DNA of 64,000 nt from positions 2,725,583-2,789,582 of the forward strand of contig CM119263.1 of assembly GCA_051294375.1 (NCBI GenBank). Direction: 5' to 3'. Under the pieces are notes generated by a model. That model had not been told where the DNA came from. It was given only the letters and a program-made list of their open reading frames with translations, and made no database searches. This DNA comes from Paraspadella gotoi. Its lineage: Eukaryota > Animalia > Chaetognatha. Shown here piece after piece: positions 54,075 through 64,000 of the stretch. Made by a program: the position numbers and the translations under genes. Every line of letters starts with the position of its first letter. Position 1 is the first letter of the stretch.

Positions 54075-55350
54075 AAATATATAAATAGAACGGAAACAGA
54101 AACAAAACAAAAAGTACAATAATAAAAAAAAACAAATACTAGTAAACCAAGAAATGAATAGAAATTTTAAAAAATATATTAAAAAGAATAAACAAAGAAA
54201 ATAAAACCATAAAAAAGACGAGTCTGCAGCAACAACAACAACAACAACAATAACAACGTCATTAAGAGAACAACTTCGCCTCTCGGTTTCGCGTCGTCAG
54301 CACAAAAAAAAAAGAGCAACTAAATCGTCAACATTTGAAGTTCGACTAAATATTTTAAACGAATAAAAATATCGATGGAAAAACTTAGCAAAAAAAACGC
54401 ATCTGGTTGCGTTGCAATGGACCATCTGCCACCAACGCGTTGCAACTCCGGTGAATTCACAACGACCTGAGAAATTCTTTCTCTTTTTATCTTTGGTGAA
54501 TAAAACCTTTTTTTTGTTTTGTTTTTTTTTCCGAGAAAAATGCTTTTGTTGCGTTTGTTTTAACTGAGGAATTTGGTTGCATTCTCAAACATACAAAATT
54601 TGTATTAAGGAAAAGATATGTTTGTCAAAACATTTCTTGCTAGATTTTGATTTCAGAAATCACCAAAACACGATTTAAATATTCACTTTTTGTCTTTCTT
54701 ATATACGTATATATTTTTGACGGCGCTACGCGATTGAAACCGACTGCGGCATGAAATACCGCAGTCAAACCAAACCGTCGCATTGAATGCTGCCACGCCC
54801 CCCTTCTTTAACCACCGTCGTTTCTCCCACGACGCAACTCTTTTGGTTTCCGTCAACGCGCCTCAGATGGCGCCGCTAACGCCGTTCGACCGCGAGGAAA
54901 AAAAAAAGTCGCCGACCGCTGGCGACGCAGTTAGAGCGGAGAACGCCTCCAGAGTGAGAGAGAGAGAGAGAGGGGGGGCGTGGATGTCGGCGACGTTCGT
55001 CTAATAGTGATAAAGGGGGAGCGACGGAGCGCGCCATTTCCAGCGTCATTCCCGGCGCCCATCGACGCCGACGCTTGAAATAGCGTTGATGGCCGGAAAA
55101 GCGGCGCCGCGTGGCACCCGGATGCGTCTCACCTGCCACATCCGGACTCGCAAATCCAACGCCTCTCGTCTTTCTGGGTCTGACGTTGGGGGGGGGAGTG
55201 AACTAAGGGTGGGGGGTGGAGGGGGGAAAGGGGATGAGGAGGAAGAGGAAAGAAAGTTAGGAGAGTGGAAAGAGAGAAAAAAATAGATGAAAAGGAAAAT
55301 TGAAGAATGAAAAGGAGAAAAAGAAATTAAAGGAAAATGAAGATAAAAAT

Positions 55351-55565
55351 GGGCCATATTTCCCGAAAGCGCCCCATTTCCGCTGATTTAGTATAAGGTT
55401 AGTTTTTAGTATTAAAGATTAGGTAAGGGGGTAGGGATGAAGTCAGGAATTAGAGTTTAGGATTATGTTAACGATTAGGGTTAGGGATCAATAGTAGGAA
55501 TTACGGTCAAGTATTAGGAATTATGTTAACGGATTAGAGATGAGCGTTTTCAGAAAATTGAACCC
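55351..55565. mobile_element. MITE, same family
   Basis: gggccatatttcccgaaagcgccccatttc ... atgagcgttttcagaaaattgaaccc, with a ttaggg-like core. Confidence 0.65.
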
Positions 55566-56174
55566 AAAAAAATGAAAGAAGAACATAAGTTGGTTCAGTT
55601 TGTTAAATTTAGTCATAGATAGAATCTTTCCTTTCCTAATAAAGTTGTGACGATAAAATTACGACGAAAAAAACCTGATGGAGATTCTGGCCTTCAAACG
55701 TTGGGTTTCGGAAAATGAGAAAAACCTGGGATTCGAAGAGGGTCAAAACGAGAGCCGATGAAAAGAGGAGCCCAAACGCTTTCAGCCAATGAAAAGCCAG
55801 GAATCCCAACTAGAAAAGCACAATTGGTGTGAATATAAATTCATGTACACGAAAATAAATTATCAAATTAAATCAATTTGCGACTTTTCAAATTTCCTTT
55901 TCGCAAAAATATAAAAAGCTTAGCCGTTTGTGCTAAGTGGCTCGGCCGGAAAAGAAGGGGCCCGAAGGGCTTGGGCGGAAACGCAGGGCACGATGGGCTT
56001 GAGCGGACACAGGAGGGGCTAGACCGAAAAGCAGGAGCCCGAAGGGCTTGGCCGGAAACAGAGGGACTCGAGTGGCATGGCATCGTCTCATCCATCAACC
56101 GTCTTAGTTAAGGATATAAGAATACATAAAAAGAAATTCCAAATCTTATCTAATATTCAATCGTGTGTATGACT

Positions 56175-56510
56175 AACAAGAACGGTGTGTTGCATCGCAG
56201 TGACTTTATTTTCATGTGTATGACATGACATGACATGATGAAAAAACATTCTTTGCCCTTGTATTTATGACATGAATGGAAACGAAATTTCGTATTTTAT
56301 TCCTTTTAATTTTAGGATTTCCAGAAGGCGGCGCTGGCAGATTTGAGGTTTTTTCCTGTCTGAACAAATGAGCAACCAACTATAGGCAAATTATATGCAT
56401 TTTTAACGAAAGTGGGACATACCGACGGACAGATATATCGACCGATAGACAGACCGACTGTCCGACCGACCGAAAAGTGAATTATTGAGTACTCGCGGCG
56501 CAACTAAAAA
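56175..56510 (-). mobile_element. HINE/DINE-1-like non-autonomous Helentron-associated element (most complete copy)
   Basis: Starts TTTTTAGTTGCGCCGCGAGTACTC, then a (GTCG/GTCT/GTCC)n tract, a conserved core, a 3' subterminal inverted copy (GCGATGCAAC) and a CCGTTCTTGTT end. Confidence 0.7.
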
Positions 56511-57215
56511 CTTTCGATATGCTGAGACTATATATCTTTAAGAAATGCGTTCCCAAGGAATGTCTGTCTGTAGAAAATGTGTTTTCAGGTCAGATTATAA
56601 CGATCCCTGGCCGATAAAGAAATGATCGGATGCGAGGCTCTCACCTCAAGAGCCGAAACCTGGAACGAGACGTCTGATATCTTGCACCGTCGATTTTCGA
56701 AAATTTAATTCTGACAAATTCGAAAATTAAAACAAATTAATAACATAATTAAAGCAAATTGATTTTTTTTTTCGGTTGATTTATTTGCAAGTCATTTTAA
56801 ATAGATCACTTTTTTTGTTTTTTAAATAAAAACTGGAATGATATATCTCGTAGCTCTCTTTCTGTCTCCTTCCTTATGCTTCATTCTCAGACTCTGTTTC
56901 TCTCTCTCTCTCCCTCTCTCTCTCCCTCTCCCTCTCTCTCTCTCTTTCACTCCACTTCTAAAGTACAAATAAATAGAAAATATAAAATATGTTTCGCGTC
57001 CCCGAGTCATTTGTCCACATTAATTCCCGTCATTAATAAGTTATATCGATTCTCTTATTCACGTTTAGAGAATCCATTGTACTTCTCCTCCTAATGAAAA
57101 TTAACGACTTCTGCCGCCAATGCCGCTTCGCAATGCCGCCTGGCAGATTGCAGGCGCTGAGAATTTTCCCTTATTATTTGATGGAAAAAAATTAAACGAG
57201 GCGGGCGGGGGAAGA

Positions 57216-57258
<43 letters not shown>

Positions 57259-57335
57259 AGAAGAGAGAAGAGAGAGAGAGAGAGAGAAGATCTTGAAAAA
57301 AAGAACGAGAGAAAAGAGAGAGAGAGAGAGAGAGA

Positions 57336-57391
<56 letters not shown>

Positions 57392-57448
57392 CTTTAAAAA
57401 AAGAGCGAGAGAAAAGAAGAGATAGTAAGAAGAAGAATTAGACAGACG

Positions 57449-57513
<65 letters not shown>

Positions 57514-57518
57514 AGAGA

Positions 57519-57553
<35 letters not shown>

Positions 57554-57724
57554 AGGGTTGAGGAAAGGCCTCAAAATGAGACTCCTGAGAGTCAAAAGAG
57601 CCTCAACAAGGTCGCGGTTCGCGTTGGAGGAGGAAGACATCTTCATCATCATCTTCATCATCTTCATCATCCTCTTCATTGCGAAGAGTTAAAATTCCGG
57701 GGAGAAGAAAGTCGGCAATTAGAA

Positions 57725-58030
57725 AAGAAAAATGACAAATGGGAGCAACGGTTTGACAGCGAGGAAAAGTAATGACAGAGGAATGACAAAATGCAGAAAA
57801 ATGACAAATCGGAGCAACGATTTGACAGAGAGGAAAAGAAATGATAGAGGAATGACCAAATGCAGAGAAATGACAAATTGGAACACCGATTAGACAGAGA
57901 CGAAAATACGAAAATGACAAAGGAATTACAAAATTCAGGAAAAGGACAAATTTGAGCAACGATTTGACAGAGAGGAAAAGAAATAACAGAGGAGACAAAT
58001 GACACCTGGGAGAATAAAAAGAAATGACGA
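57725..58030. repeat. ~60-70-bp tandem repeat (aaatgacaaat...gagcaacgatttgacagagaggaaaag)
   Basis: About four degenerate units. Confidence 0.7.
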
Positions 58031-58410
58031 CTGGTATAATTTATGGTAAATGTTTTCGTCAAGAGAGGAAACGAATATAATAATTACTTTGAGAAAAGAT
58101 GTTTTAAAGTGTTTTGGCGGGAAATTAGAGTGAAAACTGAATTACGCGGCTCACAACAAACTGCAGCTCAGGGAATAGAACAACTGCCTTGCTGCATAGC
58201 AAAGCCGAGGAAGCAGTGTCATGGACGCAAAGCTGAAGCGATTCTCAATGATTTTAAAAAAAAATTAACGCGAAGGGATTTCTTAGAAATGCTCAGACCG
58301 CCCCCCTCTCCTATCTCGACTGAATTGTTCTCATTTCTCGCCGAATTCCGTTTTTCAATTCTCATCAATTCTCTTTTCTCAATCTTAGCGAAAGAGAAAT
58401 AAGCCATTGA

Positions 58411-58660
58411 GGGCACTATTTCATAAAAGCGCCCTATTTTCGTTCACATCGAAAAACCTAATTTTAAATTAAAGATTTTACCTTAACGAATACTTAACCA
58501 AATCCTTAATCCTAACCTAATCTCTAACCTTATCCTCTAACCATAACCGCAATCCTTATCTAAATCTATAACCAAATATTTAATATAATACATAACTTTA
58601 AACCCTATCATTAACCCCTTACCTGAATTAAGAATTGGACGCTTTTGGAAAACATGGTTC
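58411..58660. mobile_element. MITE, same family
   Basis: gggcactatttcataaaagcgccctatttt ... aattggacgcttttggaaaacatggttc, with a cctaac-like core. Confidence 0.55.
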
Positions 58661-58891
58661 AATTGAAATCTTAAATCTACGTGGGAAACAAAAAAGGTGA
58701 CGGAAGACGAAGAGTAGAGTATATTAATAAAGATAAAGTTTTAAGTAAACTATGACGAAATTAAATAATAAAAAATGGAAATAAAGAAGAAAAAATGAGG
58801 ATAAAAGAACAGAAAGAGAAAGAAAAGGAGATTAAAAAGAATATGAACGAAAAAAAAGATAATTGAAGACGTGAAAGATTATCGAGTTGTT

Positions 58892-58974
<83 letters not shown>

Positions 58975-60652
58975 AATGCCGCAGTGAGGGTTGAGGGATC
59001 CGGATTAAGGGGATAGCTGGTCCTCGTTCGCGGCTGGATTAGAATTACAAGTCGAGATTAATTAATTAATTAATTAATTAAATAATTAATCTTACGTTAA
59101 TTAAGAAGAGAATTTAAACAAGTTTGAGCTTAACAACGTCGGATCTGCCCACGATATATTTTAGCTCATCGGTTAATATGATGAAAAGTCATGATAAATA
59201 ATTATGATATATGTTTATTTATTTATTCATAACTGGCAATAATATTGTAATTGCGCACAAATTGAAGTTTATATCTTATATGATTATGGGAGATGGACGG
59301 ACGGATGGACAGACGGACGGAGAGGCGGAGGGACGGAGGAACGGACGGACGGACAGAAGAAAGAGTGGACGGAGGGACGGACAGACGGACTGCAAACAAA
59401 AAAAACATGAAACTCGCCATTCAAATCGGGAAATCTGTTAAGAAACAACTCGGAGGCTTTTCAATCGAAATGCAATTCTATATAAAGTTAATCTACGAAT
59501 TCAACACTGAACGCTCTTTTCTTTCTTTCTTTATTTTTTTTTCTACCTTTCTTTTCTCTCTTGCCGTTGGAACGTTTCAGTTATTGTTTAAGTGCATTTC
59601 CTTCATCTTTATTTCTTTCTCTTTCCTTTTCGCATCATCGCAGAAGTATCAAGCCACCAAAAGCAAATCGGATCGGAGACTCGGGCGATCTCCGCGGAAA
59701 TGGAATCGCCGAATCCTGATTGGTCAAGCATGGAACCGGAATCGACCAATCAGCTTGCAGAATCATTGGAACTGTAAATTTTACCTACTTCGCCGATCCT
59801 CTTCCTTAGTTATAAATATACTTAGCTTGCTCTAGTTTCAGTAGCATTGGTCAAGACTCCTGCGAGGTCTTGACAGTAGACACCCCGAAAAAGAAAATAG
59901 AAATAACCCATTTTTGAAACACAAAAAAATGAAAAATATAATGTTTTTACTACATCGTAGTGAAGTCGAAAAATTCTGATCCAAGCAAGTTTTTTTGAAT
60001 TGGATTTTAAAGTTTTGTTATAATTTTTCATACAAAATAATGAGAAATTAATCAACGACTTTGTCATTCTTTGTCAAATTTTACTTTCTTTATATCAATC
60101 ATTATCTACTGAAAGAGAGCTTTAATTTGAACTCACTCTCATAAGCCTACGATTATTCGTTCTCAAGTTATTATTGAAAATAACTCAATTTATTACAAAA
60201 ATAGTAACCATTTTGTAATTATCACACGAAAGACTTATTCAATTCTTATTTAGTAAAAAACTATAGAAATTTAACATACAATTGCAAGAGCATAATTAGT
60301 AATATTATATATCCTAAAGAATCCCCATTTTATGAGCTTTCTTTAGAGTCTAATCTCAGTTCTCTGTGATAATTCGTTTCTTCAGAATAAAATCGTTTGA
60401 TTTCGCCTCCGAGTCGGCAAAACGCTAACATCGCTCGAGCGGCGCCACTCCTCAGTCCTAGGGTCGCATTTCCGATTATCAAGAAAACACATCTGTTTCC
60501 TAGTATTAGGATCGAAAACAAAATTAAAACAATATAATGAATGTATAATTGTTTATGAATAAAAGAAAATCGTGAGAATGAAAAGGAAATTTAGTCAGAA
60601 TAGTCGTCGACGTCGTCGTCGTCAGTCAAAGAAAAAAATGAGAAGGCGGTTT

Positions 60653-60689
<37 letters not shown>

Positions 60690-60819
60690 AGTTATTGAAT
60701 TTAAGACATATATTTTATCCTCATCTTTCGCTTCTCTTCCTCTTCTTTCTTTTACCTTTCCGTCTTTCGACGTCAAAGCATCCGACGGAAAAAAATTCCC
60801 GCCAAACTGAAAAAAAAAA

Positions 60820-60964
60820 ATGGCGACAGATTTAGCGGCAGTCACCGTCAAAGGGTTTCTCAGCGCCGCTGACGTCTTGACCGACGTCAAATCGGCCGTG
60901 GATCCGATTTCGTCGGACAGCGTTTACTTCGGAAAAATCGGCTACAAGCTGATCGCGTTTTTAG
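60820..60964 (+). CDS. Probable first coding exon of an unidentified gene
   Basis: aaaaATGGCG start context; 48 open codons of normal composition (MATDLAAVTVKGFLSAADVLTDVKSAVDPISSDSVYFGKIGYKLIAFL); phase-1 donor AG|gtgaga; GC-rich relative to flanks. Confidence 0.6.
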
Positions 60965-62109
60965 GTGAGACCTTTGTAAAGCGCTCCGTTTGAGGTCACT
61001 TAAAATTTATGAAGGTTTGCAGCGCCAGCGATGATTGCCTTCAGGCTAGACCGGGTTGCCTCTCAACAGTTGAGCCATCTGGCTACATTTTGTAGCAGGT
61101 TCACTTTAATCTCTCAATGCTAACACGGAGGCGCCTTGGTACTTGAGTTCATATCAATTCCGGTTTTAAGCTAAGAAACTGTTTCCAGAAGATTTACTGG
61201 AAGCAGTGTAGTGCAGGTTACAATCGGTGGCCATAAAGTGAGCATTTCCCAGGCTCCACCCACCTATAGTCATCGATGCCTCATTTGTGATCCATTGACT
61301 TAATAATTTAAGCTCTTTGTAGCGGGTAACCAACCTTCAGGATGCGTGAGGATGGACAAATTGACCATAAACCGCTTTGGGATTAAATTAATTAATTAAT
61401 AATTGTCTAATTAATTAATTAATTTGAAATTTGAAATCCGACATTGTTTGCTCCATCTTGTTTTGATTGAGATTGTAAAATCAGATTACAAAAAATCGTG
61501 CCTAACTACTGAATCTTATCCTTAGTTATTCATTGCGCCGTCTCTACTTTTTACGGAATGGCATTTCTCCGGAGGTCAAAGGATCGATTTCCGCGCCTCC
61601 TCGGATCTCAACTTCGAAAGGGACTGACACTGGGTTTTTACATTTTAGGTTTGGGTTCCATTCCTATTTCGGTCGATATATTTCTAGACAAATTATATCA
61701 TCGGACTGGAGGTACGTACATTTACATTAAATTTGCATATTTAGAATCACATAGAAGCATAGAATTGGAGTGACTGAAAGAAGGGCTGTCCGTAGTGTGT
61801 GTGAGTGCAGCTTTCTGCTTTCCTTGAGAGATAAGGCGTACGTGGGCTGAAGATGACTGTCCGTAACTTCTATAACCCCCTCTAGCAGCCATGGAACGGG
61901 TCCCTGGGCTTGGAACCAGGCTTGAGGGTTTGCCATGCCCCCAAGGCGGCTTACGGCCGTCCTCACGCTTCCCGCAGGGTAGGTACCGGTTGGGATTGAA
62001 CCCGGTACCTAGTGGTCATGAGCTGATGGCTTTACTCAATGAGCCACCGGGTCACAACTGAAAGCGTCATGATTCTAGGCGGGGTGAACCTAGGCAATGC
62101 CCGACAACA

Positions 62110-62117
62110 TGCCCCCC
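62110..62117 (-). promoter_or_regulatory. Short polypurine tract of the TRIM
   Basis: GGGGGGCA immediately precedes the TG start of the 3' LTR. Confidence 0.55.
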
Positions 62118-62211
62118 AGATTGTAACCCACCCTGCACTGCTTCCAGTGGAGGGAGGGGAGCAATCTTCAGCTAGACCAAGGGCCTGGAATCAGAAGGTT
62201 GGAATACGCTC

Positions 62212-62229
62212 GACAGGATGGGCTCACCA
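62212..62229 (-). promoter_or_regulatory. Primer-binding site of the TRIM
   Basis: TGGTGAGCCCATCCTGTC starts 1 nt after the CA end of the 5' LTR; TGG is complementary to a tRNA CCA end. The cognate tRNA is not identified. Confidence 0.65.
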
Positions 62230-62879
62230 GTGTGGATAAGGCGCTACGTGGGCTGAAGATGACTGTCCGTAACTTCTATAACCCCCTCTAGCAGCCATGG
62301 AACGGGACCCTGGGCTTGGAACCAGGCTTGAGGGTTTGCCATGCCCCCAAGGCGGCTTACGGCCGTCCTCACGCTTCCCGCAGGTAGGTAACGGGTTGGG
62401 ATTGAACCCGGTACCTAGTGGTCATGAGCTGATGGCTTTACTCAATGAGCCACCGGGTCACAACTGAAAGCGTCATGATTCTAGGCGGGGTGAACCTAGG
62501 CAATGCCCGACAAGTATGTCATCCTTCAGAATCGCCTCCCCCGGGGGCGCTGCTAGGGGCGGCCCCTCGGGGTGGCCCCCGGGGCGGCCCGGGGGGCAAG
62601 CAAATCCTTACTGCCTAGGGGCGGCCCCCTGTAGCCTCTTTTTTTGGGCCCAAGGGGCCACTCCAGAGGGAATCCCCAGGGGCTTGAAAAACCTTTCCCC
62701 TGGGGGCTACCCCCAGGGGGATGAATTTGCCTGCCCCTGGAACGACTCTCTCTCCCTCCTATTTCTCTCTCTCTCTCACTCTCTTTCTCTCTTTCTCTAT
62801 CTCTTTTCTTTTTTCATCTTTTATTAAAATAAATTATAAAAATCAAAATAATATCTTTCACTTCAATTAATCAATCAAT

Positions 62880-63268
62880 CATAATTTGGAACCAATATGG
62901 TCAACTTGCATAATTTAGTCAAATGACATAATTTGGTTAACTGACATAATTTGGTCAACTGATATAATTTGGTCAACTTTTATAATTTGGTCAACTTTCA
63001 TAATTTGGTCAACTTTAACAATTTGGTCAACTGGCATAATTTAGTAATTTTTTGTTATAATTTAGTCAACTTGCATAATTTGGTTAACCTTCATAATTTG
63101 GTAAACTTTCATAATTTGGTCAACTGATATAATTTGGTCAACTTTTAGAATTTGGTAAACTTTTAGAATTTGGTAAACTTTTATAATTTGGTAAACTTTC
63201 ATAATTTGGTCAACTGTCATAATTTGGTCAACTTGCATAATTTGGTCAACTTGCGTAATTTGGTCAAC
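62880..63268. repeat. 18-bp minisatellite (ataatttggtcaactttc)
   Basis: About twenty tandem units; source of the VDQIMK-repeat ORF 63062-63274. Confidence 0.9.
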
Positions 63269-63317
63269 AATCAACTTAACAATTAGCTAATTATTAATTT
63301 CATCTGTAAAAAATAGA

Positions 63318-63682
63318 AAGAGAGAAAGAGTGAGAAAATTTTTTAATAAAATTCAAGTAAATGTGACTTTTGTTTTTTCTATTAAAACTCACTTTCACTT
63401 ACATACTTTTCTACCCACACACAAAATTTTATTTTAATTCATCTATGAAATTTTAAATAGTAGAATAAATAGTAGGATGGTTTATATTTTAATTCACTTA
63501 TAAAAAAATTAATTAATTAATTAATTAATTAATTATTAATATCAGTCTTTAAGTCCATCCTACATTAGCATTAAACTCAAATTATTCATGATTAGATATA
63601 TGGATTGGAATAAAATCTTGTTAGTGGGTAGAAAAGTGTGTGACTTAGCTAGATATAAAGTTTTGCTCACTTTCTCTCTCAA
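63318..63682. repeat. Degenerate palindromic (foldback/MITE-like) element centred on (TTAA)n
   Basis: acttttctacccac pairs with gtgggtagaaaagt, gtaggatgg with ccatcctac, and gtgagaaaatttt with agttttgctcac, nested around the aattaatt run at ~63507-63535. Confidence 0.6.
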
Positions 63683-64000
63683 ACCATCAGCCTTTCCTCA
63701 ACAACGTGAGTTCATCTGAGGCAATCTACAAACAATTATTAATTACAAATCATAAATAAAAAAAAATTTTTTCATGTTAACAATAATTTGAAAAAAATAT
63801 ATATTTTTTTTAGTTACATAAAACAAGTCTTGAAAGATAGAGAGAGAGAAAAGATAGAGAGAGAGAAGAAAAAGAAAGAGAGAAAAAGAAACAGATAGAA
63901 AAAAAGAGAGAGAGAGAAAGAGAAAGAGAGAGAGAGAGAGTAACAGACAGGGAGAGATATTCTCAGATACAATAACATTGTCAGAAAGTATATTTTCTTA

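Larger units (their letters stand above)
61830..62513 (-). mobile_element. Miniature two-LTR retrotransposon (TRIM, Helenus-like)
   Basis: 5' LTR 62513-62231, 121-bp non-coding interior 62230-62110, 3' LTR 62109-61830. Inner LTR ends are canonical (...CCACA / TGTTG...). I count about five differences between the LTRs. Outer ends lack the last 2-4 bases and no TSD is visible. Confidence 0.85.

Noticed and set aside
62530-62740. GC-rich hairpin cluster next to the TRIM
   Set aside because: Dominated by G/C homopolymer runs resembling low-quality sequence; no reproducible structure or second copy.

Overview
Eukaryotic (probably invertebrate animal) DNA, AT-rich and saturated with (AG)n, (AAAG)n, (AAAAG)n and (GAC)n microsatellites. 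It comes from a draft assembly with seven N gaps, four of them exactly 25 N, and several kilobase-scale indel-riddled duplications and fold-backs that look like long-read gap-filling artefacts. Nearly all ORFs in the supplied track are low-complexity noise. Supported biology: (1) a spliced minus-strand glutaredoxin-fold gene (coding exons 21104-20984, ~19543-19377, 780-683) whose active-site loop appears to contain no cysteine; (2) a family of ~285-bp TG...CA LTRs with an embedded tRNA(Met)-like Pol III cassette. It occurs as a solo LTR with a 4-bp TSD (905-1189), as an insertion with an empty paralogous site (12345-12627), and as a two-LTR miniature retrotransposon with PBS and PPT (61830-62513), i.e. 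a Helenus-type TRIM; (3) HINE/DINE-1-like and MITE families; (4) many minisatellites; (5) a probable first coding exon of an unidentified plus-strand gene at 60820-60964. All calls were made by eye, without database searches.
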